Positions 26,244 to 37,693 of a stretch of 64,000 nucleotides of DNA are shown in pieces (position 1 is the first letter of the stretch; each line of letters opens with the position of its first letter). A program made the position numbers and the translations under genes. The stretch is from NCBI GenBank assembly GCA_951406725.2, contig OX597823.1:102548001-102612000 (forward strand). The letters are read 5' to 3'. This DNA comes from Octopus vulgaris (lineage: Eukaryota). The notes beneath the pieces were generated by a model that was given only the letters and a program-made list of their open reading frames with translations, had not been told where the DNA came from and ran no database searches.

Positions 26244-27428
26244 CGAGGGACGTTCAATAAGTAATGCCTCTGACCCACTTGAAATTTTGCATGTGCAATC
26301 ATTTATATCTCTATAGAGTAAGTGGCAAATTACAGCTCTGAATTAATTGTGGTTTCTGATTTACAGGTGTTTGAACCGAGTCAAGTGTGAAATGGAGCCT
26401 GTTGAGTGTCGAGCAGTGATCCGGTTTTTGTATTTGAAAGGACGCACACCACTGGAGACTTTTGATGAAATGAAAGTAACTTATGGTGATGATGCCCCAT
26501 CATATGACCTTGTAAAACGCTGGCATCGTGAATTCAAACATGGTCGGAACTCTGTGGAAACAGCTCCCAGATCTGGTCGCCCCCTTCTGTCATTGATGAG
26601 GCATCTGTCTGTCAAGTTGAGGCTGCCATTTTGGAAGATCGACGCATAATTATTTGCCAAATAGCCCATGAGGTCAAGATTAGTACTGGGTCTGTGGAAA
26701 CTATCATTCATGACCATTTGCATATGCAAAAGGTGTCTGCCAGATGGATTCCCAGGTTGCTCACGCCTTTCCAGAAGCAAGAACGCGTCGAGTGCTCGAG
26801 GGTGAATTTGGAGATGTGCCAAGAAGATGAGTCAAAATTTTTCAAAAGACTGATTACACAGGATGAAACCTGGGTCCATCACGATGATCCAGAGACCAAA
26901 GCCCAGTCAATGCAGTGGAAGCACCGTGACTCACCCCCTCCAAAGAAGGCAAGGGTGCAGCCCTCCGCTGGCAAGGTCATGCTCACAGTCTTCTGGGACC
27001 AGGACGGAGTAGTGATGACAGATTTCCTGGCAAAGGGTACCATCCTCCTCCTGCAGGACAACGCTCCGGTCCACAACTCGCTTGTCGCCAGATCAGAAGC
27101 ACAGGCATATGGTTATGAACTCCTCCCCATCCCCCCTACTTTCCTGACCTTGCACCCTCTGATTTTCACCTCTTCCCAATCATGAAGTTGTTTTTGAAAG
27201 GAAAGCGTTTCCCAGATGATGCAGCCTTGATTTCTGAAGTCACGTTGAGGTTGGAGGACAAAGCTGGGTTCTTCTACAAAAACGGTCTCCAGAGCCGCAT
27301 CAAACGATGGAAGAAATGCGTAACTCTGGGTGGTTCCTATGTAGAAAAAGACTAATAACTGTGCCAAGTTTCGTTGCTCTACTGCTATGGGAAGTGGGTC
27401 AGGGGCATTACTTATTGAACGCCCCTCG
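26244..27428 (+). mobile_element. Mariner (Tc1/mariner) transposon, defective
   Basis: 37-bp TIRs CGAGGGACGTTCAATAAGTAATGCCTCTGACCCACTT (2 mismatches between ends) with TA on both sides. Confidence 0.95.
26392..27355 (+). pseudogene. Mariner transposase pseudogene (frameshifts and internal deletion)
   Basis: MEPVECRAVIRFL...RSGRP; WIPRLL; ITQDETW; QDNAPVH; PYFPDLAPSDFHLF across frames; a segment is missing between KGT and ILLLQDNA. Confidence 0.92.
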
Positions 27429-27965
27429 TACAAACACTATTTAAAACTAAACCATCACACATATAAAACTGGTACATTCTCACAAAAGGATAAGATATTG
27501 GGCTATTGGCTGTTGCATCATGAATTTGTATACCGCTGTATGGCTATAGTTGAACCACTGTACGGCTATAGTTGAAGACACTTGTCTGAGGTGCCACACA
27601 GTGGCACTGAACCCAAAACCATGTGATTGGGGAGCTAACTTCTTAACCACACAGGCATGTGTTTGTGTATGAGTGTGTGTATACAAATATACATACTCAT
27701 ACACACACACATACATATATGTGTGTGTGTATGTGTGTATATATATATCATCATCGTTTAATTTCTGTCATCCATGTATGTATAGGTAGGATGGTTGACT
27801 GGAGCCGACCATGTCTGTTTTGGCAGAGTTTTTACAGCTGGATGCCCTTCCTAACACCAACCACTCTGCAGGATGGACTGAATGCTTTTTACGTGGTACC
27901 AGCACAGACAAGGTCAATTTTGGCATGATTTTTACAGCTGAATGCCCTGCCAAATGCCAACCACT

Positions 27966-28011
<46 letters not shown>

Positions 28012-28065
28012 ACACACACAGAAGATTTGTCAGGCCAAGTGAGATTATAGTTGTGGCCTTTTTTG

Positions 28066-28312
28066 GTGTCATGTAAATGGCACCCGTGAAATCAGTGATG
28101 GCCATTGCCAGTGCCATGTAAATAGCAGCTGTGAAATTGGAGTTGGGCCATCGCAATGGCACCCATGAATCGTAGTCATTGGCAGTGCCATGTAAATGGC
28201 ACCTGTGAATTGTTGTGGCCATGGTCAGTGCCATCTAAATGGCACCCATGAATTGTAGCAATGGTCATTGCCAGTGCCATGTAAATAGCACCTGTGAATC
28301 GTAGTCAAGGTC
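28066..28312 (+). repeat. Degenerate tandem repeat, ~6 units of 37-46 bp with a GTGCCATGTAAATGGCAC hairpin core
   Basis: Cores near 28067, 28110, 28147, 28185, 28228 and 28274; runs directly into an RTE-type tail. Confidence 0.8.
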
Positions 28313-28500
28313 ATTGCTGCCAGTGGCACATAAAAGCACCCATTACACTCCTGGAGCAGTTGGCGTTAGGAAGGGCGTCCAACTGTAGAAACCTTGCCAA
28401 GTCAGACTGGGGCCTGGTGTAGCTCTCTGGCTTATCAGCTTCAATCAAACTGTGTAACCCATGCCAGCATTGAAAGTGGACATTAAATGATGATATATAT

Positions 28501-28727
28501 ATTTCTTTACTACCCACAAGGGATATAGAAGGGACAATCAAAGACAGACAAAGGGATTGAGTCGATTATATCGACCCTAGTGCTAAACTGGTACTTAATT
28601 TATCAACCCTGAAAGGATGAAAGGCAAAATCGACCTTGGTGGAATTTGAACTTGGAACTTTACGACAGACGAAATACGGCTACGCATTTCGCCCGACATG
28701 CTAACGTTTCTGCCAGCTCGCCACCTT
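28501..28727 (-). mobile_element. tRNA-derived SINE family B
   Basis: Reverse complement of the 37463-37693 copy; flanked by duplicated TGATGATATATAT; inserted in an RTE (GAT)n tail. Confidence 0.85.
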
Positions 28728-30923
28728 TGATGATGATATATATCATTATCATCATTTAATGCATGTTCTCCATGCTGCCATTAAATAATGATATATACAC
28801 ACACACACACAGTCAGGAATTTTTGCTATTTGTATTTTCCATAGGTAGTGACACTCTTTAATTAACTGGATGTGTTTTCATTACAATATAAAAGTATATT
28901 TTGTCAGTATTCAAGTAAGTTGTTTTGGTTTTGAAGTTTGATAATTTGGGTCATATTTATAAATGCTGGATTATTTGCATACAAAAATATAATAAAAGAA
29001 GAGATAGGAGGAGCTATTCAATAAATGAAAGAAATCAATGGCCTGAAAAAATTCCATGTCATTGATCTCTTTCATTTAATTTTCAGTTACTATTGCTAAC
29101 TTTGTTTGTATTTTATAGAGAGAGGGTTATTTCTAAACTCTGTGTTCTTATATGCAACCATTTAACCACATAAGGTACACATTGACAATCAGGCTAAGTT
29201 GTGTCTGTATTATCATGCAGAATAACTGAAGTTGCTGCTTGTGGTGTAATTGGAGACTAGTGTGCACACACAAGTTTTCCTTTTTTTAAGCAAGGAATCA
29301 TTAGAGAAGATTAACAGGACAGCACAGATTAAAGCTAATGTGACAATTGGTACTTGAATTATTTTAGTGTGTGTTTTATGTTTATTGAGCATGACAGCAT
29401 GTCTGTAATGGTGATATAATATTTGTACTGGTGTGATATTAATATTTGGATGTTTGTAGTTAGTTGTACATGCAAATGTGTGTCTGTTTGGATTGGAACA
29501 TACAGTGGACAGGAGAGTGTTAACACATGTCAACTCTAAACAGTTACATGGCGTGAAATGAACAGACATAGCTCACAGATTTGTGTTTCAGTTATATTGT
29601 GTCTCTGCCTAGCAAAGGATTGGGTATTTCACATTTTAGTACTTATTTGGCATCACTGATTTGATGCCGATTTATTTGACATCAGACGTTTTAATATTTC
29701 TCTCATTTAATGATTCTCTTATTCTGTCTCTCTCTCTCTCTAGCACTCTCTTTCTTTCTCCCTATTTATGTGTGTGAGCATATTTCTCTTTTTTGTGTAT
29801 ATACCTGTGTGTCTGCTCTTAGCGCCAAAAAGTATTGCCACCAAAACAGGTTCAATGTCCAATCAGCTCTGCCAAATCGCCAGCATCCAAACATCTCAGC
29901 CTGCTATGGTTCATACTGTACCCTCTGGCATGGACATGCATTGATGTAGTGTGTAAGGGGATGTGTGATAGCCTGAACATTGTCTCTTCTGTTCAATCTA
30001 TTTCTGTATGCCTACAGATACGGGTGGGGACTTATGGAGGAATGCAAGGTGACCTCACTCAGAGTGCACTATTTGCTGTTCTGTATAGAGGGTTTCTGAA
30101 TCTGATATGCACGTTTTGAATGGTTGGAAAAATTTTAGGTTTGTAGGAGAAAAAAGACTGAGTTGAAGCTAGGCTATCATTATCCTTCATCAATTTTATT
30201 ATATTGTTTATTTATGTGATCATCATCATCATCGTTTATCGTCCGCTTTCCATTCTAGCATGGGTTGGACGATTTGACTGAGGTCTGGTGAACCAGATGG
30301 CTGCACCAGGCTCCAATCTTTATCTGGCAGAGTTTCTACAGCTGGATGCCCTTCCTAACGCCAACCACTTCAGGCGGTACTGGCAATGACCTTGCTGGAA
30401 TCTTTTTACACATGCCACCGGCACAGGTGCCAGTAAGGCGACGTTGGTAACGATCGGTTTTATTATTTCCACTAAATCTGGTGCAGTGAATGCTTTCAGT
30501 GTGTTCCCTCATCTGATATTTTTCTGATTCTTCCAAGTATAAAGCAAGGTCACCAGAATGCATTTCAAGCTTCATCTAATATGTAGATCTCACATGTGGA
30601 ACCTTGGCGCAGGTAGTGATGGTATGGAGATTTGTGTGTGTTTAGATGGAAGATTTCTGTTCCCACTGGCAAGAAAGGAGCTTTCTGTTCTTTTTGAAGA
30701 TTGTTTACATGTGAAATTGGAATGTGTAATTAATTTTACGTACATGTAAATAATTGTTTAATGAAAGGGAAAGCAGTCAATAATCAGTATGAATTTAAAT
30801 TAAATTTAATGATTTTCTTCCTATTCGATTTTTGTTTTGTCCTCAGCCTACAAACATTTATAATGAGTTACTTTAAATGATTAACTTTCATCTGATCGTT
30901 ATTATACTTTGACTAAGTTGTGG

Positions 30924-31014
30924 TGCATTGGAAGCTTTTATCAGGGCTAAATATGAACACAAGCGTTATATAGCTCGTGAGTGGGTTCAACCAAAGCCAA
31001 CAGTACCAAAGCAG
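30924..31014 (+). CDS. SMAP1: SMAP1/2-like ArfGAP, exon encoding the end of the ArfGAP domain (start is 30924 or 30918)
   Basis: (S)ALEAFIRAKYEHKRYIAREWVQPKPTVPKQ with the FIRxKY motif; CAG|GTAATT donor at 31015; frame continues the phase-2 end of the previous exon. Not in the ORF track. No further exon was recognised downstream. Confidence 0.9.
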
Positions 31015-32852
31015 GTAATTTCACCATTTTCTCTTTTTTATGCTCAGTAAATCTTCTTAAAAGAAAGATGCTTTCAAATATACTATTATTATTATTTATT
31101 CATTGAATTGGCAGTTTTAGAATTTATACCATATTTTTCAGTATGCAAGTCAATGTAATGTATAATGTAAACATGTAGCGTAAACATTCAACCATTGTCA
31201 TTGTCTTTCCAAATCCTTCTGCATTTCACATGAAATTTTTGACCCTCCAAGTTGCCCTGGTGTATAAAGTCAACTTAGCTTTTTTTGCTTGTAAATTTTG
31301 GTCTGTAACTTTTGACTTGTAAGCAGAAGAAGATGGTAAATGTGAAACGGCCGATTTGATGACATTCTACAAGTTTGTCTCTATGTTTCATGGCCATGCA
31401 TTTTATTGTGGCTTTTATGAGACAAACTTTCTATGCTTCAGCTTGGAGATATGTTGGGCATTGGCTCCAATAAATTAAGCTAAATGTCCAGATTTGTTTT
31501 TAACAACCCCGACTTATAAAAAAGACCAAATTAAAACAATATAGTTATTTGGTTTGTTAGCTCAGTGTATTTTAAGTGAAAGAAGAAAGTTGTGATGTCT
31601 CGTAAATGTAATTACTATTCAGTACAGTATTCAAAAATGTAATAGCAATCCTGGTTAGTTTGCCAGTTCTTAACAGCGAACATAGGTCTGTTGATAGCAT
31701 ACAACAGGAAGCAGGTATTAATGTCTTTCTAGCATAACACAATTGAAAAAAGAGTATTAAAAGGGAACACTATCACTGACATTTTATTCTCTGAGCATTA
31801 AAACTTCTGTTTCTTTTTATGTTTGTACTTCATTTAGTTCTTGTTTAGTAAGATGAATCCTACTAAATTTTTTCGTTGTTGTAAGCTGTGTTATATTTCT
31901 GTTTTTTTTTTTTTTTTTCCTTCATGCCTTTACCTTAAACGTGAGAGACAATATATTATACAAGCTTTGGTAGCATGATACTCCTCAATAAAATGTAACT
32001 AATGGAGCCAAACACTACAGTTTGTTTCCATGGCGTCCAAGACAAATTTCTACTACAGCTCTGATATTTAAAGTATTGTGTTTGTCACAGAACTTCATCC
32101 TAGCATTTTGTGACACCAACTTTAAAAATCTAAGCCGTTGAACTAGTTTATATGACATTTGGTCCAAACAGTTGAGATGGAGAAATTGGCCCTGTCTCAT
32201 TTTATTTCTATCATTTATTGATTACAGAATGAAAACTTTCCTAGATTAGTATTCATTCATTAAGAATCAACTATTAACTCTTTGATGAGGGTGCAATACT
32301 AAGACAGATGTTAGAAGAAATATTTTCCAATTTCTGCTTAAACAGAGTGACACTAACTTTTATCTTATTTTCTTTGAAAATGTGACTTCTTTTATTATAT
32401 TTAATTATTTATATGTAGTTTTCTCCAAATTATATCATGGTATTTCTTAAAAGAATATTTCTTTTAATTGTAGGTATTTGATGTTGTTAATGTTTCTTTT
32501 GAGATTGTATATTAATATAACAGATGTTCTTAAAAGACACATGCGCTAGGAATAGGGATATGTAAGTGGAAACCACTCTTTGGAAGCAGGAATTTTTTTA
32601 GTGATTTGAATAAAGTATTTTCATTCTGTTCTTTATAAATACACAGGTTACTGACAAATATATTTTTGAAATATTAAATTCAAATTATATGAGGGAATGT
32701 TGTTTAGAGGTTAAGGTGTTGAACAGTAACTTGTAAGATCGTGGTTTCAATTCCTAACTGAGTGGTATGTTGCATTCTTGAGGGAAACACTTCATTTCAT
32801 GTAGCAACAACAGCTGGGCTTTTTTAAACTCTGGGACAGACTTGGTGGAGAG

Positions 32853-33094
32853 TATTTATTTTTTTATTGCCCACAAGGGGCTAAACATAGAGGGGACAAA
32901 CAAGGACAGACAAGAGGATTAAGTCGATTACATCGACCCCAGTGATTAACTGGTACTTATTTAATCAACCCCATAAGGATGTAAGGCAAAGTTGACCTCA
33001 GCGGAATTTGAACTCGGAATGTAACGGCAGATGAAATACCGCTAAGCATTTCACCCGGCATGCTAACATTTCTGCCAGCTCCTCACTGCCTTAA
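32853..33094 (-). mobile_element. tRNA-derived SINE family B
   Basis: Full-length reverse copy with a 9-bp TSD GGTGGAGAG (32844-32852 and 33095-33103). Confidence 0.88.
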
Positions 33095-35181
33095 GGTGGA
33101 GAGCATTGTTCTCTCAGTTCTTTATACACCACAGAAAACTGGATCAGCTAAATCTAGCCCTGACAGATTTATTAGATACAAAACTATTTTAAATATTAAT
33201 TTTTGGCTGGCTTTGATTACTATATTGTCTATAGTAATCTTAACATAGGAAATGGGGGAAAAAAATTATTGTTGCATTAACATTTAAGCCAAAAGTGAAT
33301 CTCTGAAAAATTAATACGGTACTTAAAGATGACTAAAGAATTTGCCAGAAGTTCTCTTTCACTGAAATAGAATTCAAACAACAAAAATTATACTCTTGGA
33401 ATGCTAAAACTTTAATTTTTGTTAAATTTATTTCATATTCTTTAAACAAAAATGCAAAAAACAAAAAATTCTTTTAAATAATTTGTGGATTATGATAATA
33501 TTATTCTTTTACAATTGAATAATCGTTGAAAAATGTAAGCTCTGTAATGTCTCATTCCTAGTCATCCTAACATAATTTTACATAATATCTATTTAAAAAT
33601 TTTTTTGAGATAAGTGGGGTTTTTTTTTTTCTAAATTAACCTTTACTTCCCATTTTTTCTTTGTGTTATTTCTTTATTCTTTCTTTTGGTTGGTATTCTA
33701 TTAATTTTTCAATATTTCACTGAATTCTTCAGATTCAATGTTTTAATTTTGACAGATTGTTACAGTATTTTGCAGAGTAAAAATAAAAATAAAGTAATTA
33801 TTGCAAAATAGGTTTGAATATTGTTCACTTTATTGAAATTATTTTGAAAACCTTGTTATAACAAGTTATTACGAGTCAGTTTTAAACCAAGTCTGGGGTC
33901 TTTTGTGTTTATAGGGAAGAATATAATATAAAATAATTTGTATCGCTGTGAAAAAGTCATGCAATTTTTTTCTGCATAATGTCCTGTTGACATTGTAATT
34001 ATAATTAGAAATTCTAGATTTTGCATTGGCAATTCAGCATATTCCACCAATATCAGGAGCTTTGAGTCTATTCATTTCGCTTCTCAGTCTTTGACATTGT
34101 TGGTGTCTTATTGTTTGCAGTTCTGCAAGTTTCATTGTCTGTATTTCATTGTATGACACTTTTCATTTGTAGAGCAAGTCTGGCCTAGTTACCAGTTCCT
34201 TCATTGTTTCAGTGGCCTCTATTGTACTCCTGGCATACTTATTTTTTTCCATCTCTGTTATTATTACATGGCCAACACTTCTGTCAGCCAATCTTTTTAC
34301 ATGTGTACTCAATATCAAAGCTCTGTATAATTTGCTGAGATGGTGACAATTGTAAATGAAGACCTATTTGACAAAATGATAGTGATTATGATGATGAAAC
34401 TAGAATATACACATTGCATTATCTAGAGATGTATTTGATTCTCAGAGTGCAAAATATTAACCAATCTAATTTCTGTTTGATCTAAATCTAAATGGTGGGA
34501 TATGAAAGGTTTAGTCCACTTTCATACAAAAGTACTAACCAAGACTTAACAAACTTTAACAGAGTACATACACAAATAACTATTCACACATAAAACTCAT
34601 TCTACCACTTAACATGAGGATCCTACACAGCTAACAACCTAAACTTTAGCCACTGGACTACATACAAACGACTCCTGTCCACTCTCCCACCAGACAGATT
34701 AAATTTAGAGTGTTCACTCTACTCTGTCAGCCTTCTTTTTAGACACAAAATATACTGTCACATGACACTAACACATGTACAAAAGGGTCTAAACTTAATT
34801 ATGTGCTCATTCTCTACAAACACTTCTCCAAACAATCAATGCTCTGAATGTTTTCTGTCATGTTCAGTCAACTGTATCAGCCTTAATTTACAATGCCAAA
34901 CATTGTTATGGGGAACCTACAAAAATTTCTAAGACCAGCCATGTGACCTCTATCAATCATATCTTATTCAAAACCTATACTAATTTGAGCCATGAACTCC
35001 CTATAAAAATAGGGCAAGCTTCAAACACTAGTCGAAGCAAGACAGCTGCCATATCTTTCTATTTTATTTCAACTGTTTGAAAATCAATGTAAACTGTGAA
35101 ACTGGTTAAAGCTTCAAATATATTAATAAAAAATATTTCAATTATTCTCAGTGCATTTTCAACTTCTGTTTTCCTTATATA

Positions 35182-36024
35182 CAAGGTCTAATCAATAAGT
35201 ATCCAGAATGTTGCCATAGCAATGAAGCTAAAGCATGCAGAGTGAAGCCACTTGAACTCTGCTGTGTCTGCGCATAAAGTTTTAATGTTCCAGCTCCCTT
35301 CCACTGTTTACAGCAGTGCTTGGAAGGAAGGTGTGTAGTGTGTGATCATCGCATTGACCATGAGAGAGAATGTTGTCATGGTGATACCTGCTCAGAGGCC
35401 TATGCAAAGTTGCCAAAAGTATATGGAGAGGAATGTATGAGTGGTTCAGACATTTCCAAGATGGCTGAAAAGATGTTAATATTGACGAATGTTCAGGGAA
35501 ACCTGCAACCAGCAGAACTGAGAAAAACGTTGCAGATGTGCGTACAGCTGTGTGTGGGGAAATCGTCGAATCACCGTCCGTGATTTATCAGATGTGCAGA
35601 TTAGTTACAGTTCACTTGAGTCCATTATCACTGAAGATTTGGGTATGAGACACATGTCTGCCAAGTTTGTGCCAAAATTGCTTTCAGCTAACCAAAGAGA
35701 CACTCGGGTTTCAGTTGCACAAGATCTCTTTGATAGTGTCAAGAATGATGAAAACTTTTTGGAAACTTTGAGCAGGAATCGTCAAGCTTTTGGCAAAATT
35801 TAATGCAGATTCTCTGCTCAACTTTGTCATGGTCAATGTGACAATCACATGCTACACACCTTCCTTCCAAGCACTGCTGTAAACAGCAGAAGTGAACTAG
35901 GATGTTGAAACTTCGTGCACATACACAGCAGAGTTCAAGGTCAATCTGTGCCAAGCAGCTTCACTTTGTATGCGTCAGCTTCATTACTATGGCAACAGTC
36001 CGGATACTTATTGATCAGACCACG
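35182..36024. mobile_element. Mariner-derived MITE with ~180-200-bp inverted ends
   Basis: TA on both sides; ends CAAGGTCTAATCAATAAGTATCC and GGATACTTATTGATCAGACCACG; internal RRITVRDL...EDLGMRHMSAKFVPKLLS on +, and EQRICIKFCQKL on -. Confidence 0.85.
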
Positions 36025-36044
36025 TATACATGTATATATATATG

Positions 36045-36385
36045 TTTTACTTCTTTCAATCATCTGACTGCGGCCATGCTGGAGCATCACCTTGAAGGGG
36101 TTTTTTGTTGAACAAACGACCCCAGGACTTATTTTTTTAAGCCTACTATTTATTCTATCAGTCTCTTTTGCCAATCACTAAGTTACAGAGACATAAATAC
36201 ACCAACACTGGTTGTCAAACAGTGATGGGTGGACACATAGATATATGTGTGTGTTTGTGTGTATACAGAATGGGCTTCTTTCAGTTTCTGTCTACCAAAT
36301 CCACTGACAAGACTTTGGTTGGCCTGAGGCTATAGTAGAAGACACATGCCCAAGGTGTCATGTAGTGGGACCAAACTTCTTGCCA
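36045..36385 (-). mobile_element. tRNA-derived SINE family A, diverged copy
   Basis: Reverse complement of the family A body and tail. Further fragments at ~25090-25245, 27565-27655 and 38660-38750. Confidence 0.75.
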
Positions 36386-36393
36386 CACAGAGA

Positions 36394-36607
36394 GAGAATG
36401 GAATTCACAAGACTTTATTATTCACCACAATTGTTTCAATGCATCATACATCACAGCCTCTCAGTTGAGATGCTGCACAAACAGTTGTGGTGCATCATTG
36501 GTGCAGATGTGTCTCGTCAGGTGACCTGACAAAAAGTCCCTCATTTTTTAATCTCCAATGCACAATGAGTTGAAATGATAAAAAAAAGTCTTGTGAATTC
36601 CATTTTC
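36394..36607. mobile_element. Small PLE-like fold-back relic with degenerate hammerhead on the - strand (36422-36524)
   Basis: Inverted ends GAGAATGGAATTCACAAGACTTT and AAAGTCTTGTGAATTCCATTTTC; minus strand reads TCAC-CTGACGA-(~75 nt)-GAAA-CAATTG-TG-GTGA. Confidence 0.5.
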
Positions 36608-37462
36608 TTTCTCTTTCTCTCATATTTTATAAACTCTAAGGGCATAAAGGAATTCCTGAAGTAAACCCAGTGGCACTTAGATCCATACTGTTGATGTCAT
36701 CAGGTAGCCAAACAGTAAACAGGCTTTAAATGGCATACTACAAGGTGTACACTCAAATTTAAAATTATTACTTTTATATGAACATAGTTTATATAAGAAA
36801 GAATATACTCTATATGTTTGAGGATGAATATTCCTGTTGTATTTGTATGAATTAAATATGTATTCTGAGAAATGACCTGTGGTGGAATGAAAAGATGATC
36901 ATTATTATTATAGTTTCTTGTCCAGATGGTAAGGACATTTCCACCCAAGGTTGTCAGATCTCTGTGAATGTACATACTTGAAGATATTTGCCAAGAATGC
37001 AGGTGGAAGTTATCTCCTTGCTTTCTGAATCCTTATATGTATTTGGAGAACAATGAAAATTATTGGTATCCTTAGATACTTCTTTCTGTATTCACCAGCT
37101 TCTCTTTCCTTACCTAGACATGAGTATGATTGTCAGGAGAACAGCTGTATTACATAATTAAGTTTGTCTTTCCTTGTACTCTATTATCACACTACAAGCA
37201 CACACACACACACACACACACAGCTGCCATTCATAAAATTAATTGTTAACATCTGTTATTGCTTAATTTCATACCAGCCTTGATCCAGTAGATCTATGAT
37301 CATCTGCATTTTTTTCAGTTGTGAACTTGTTCAATCTGGCTAACTAATAATAGTTTATATATGCCTGTATATTACCTCCCAGTCTTTCTTTCGACTGCTA
37401 TTGTCTGTATTAGTCTGCACCCTTCATTTAGTACTTTCATTGATAGTGATAAGAACCATAAA

Positions 37463-37693
37463 CGCGGTGAGCTGGCAGAATCGTTAGCACACTGGGTGAA
37501 ATGCTTAGTGGTATTTCGTCTGCCACTACGTTCTGAGTTCAAATTCCGCCGAGGTCAACTTTGCCTTTCATCCTTTTGGGGTCGATAAATTAACTACCAG
37601 TTACGCCCTGGGGTCGATGTAATCGACTGAATCCCTTTGTCTGTCCTTGTTTGTCCCCTCTATGTTTAGCCCCTTGTGGGCAATAAAGAAATA
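37463..37693 (+). mobile_element. tRNA-derived SINE family B with a conserved central domain (Meta/Nin-like)
   Basis: GAGCTGGCAGAA...GAGTTCAAAT head; GCCTTTCATCCTTTTGGGGTCGATAAATT central block; 15-bp TSD AGTGATAAGAACCAT at 37445-37459 and 37694-37708. Confidence 0.9.

Larger units (their letters stand above)
26176..30923 (+). other. U12-type (minor spliceosome) intron
   Basis: Donor GTATCCTTTT matches the U12 consensus RTATCCTTT. Branch-like TACTTTGAC at 30905-30913; no polypyrimidine tract before the exon. Confidence 0.88.

Noticed and set aside
28066-28312. CRISPR-like palindromic repeats with short spacers
   Set aside because: Eukaryotic context, no cas genes, degenerate repeats, spacers related to each other, and continuity with an RTE tail.
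30916-30917. Canonical AG as the certain acceptor of the third SMAP exon
   Set aside because: In frame, but only 5 nt from the best U12 branch A and it adds two residues. Kept as an alternative, not the primary call.
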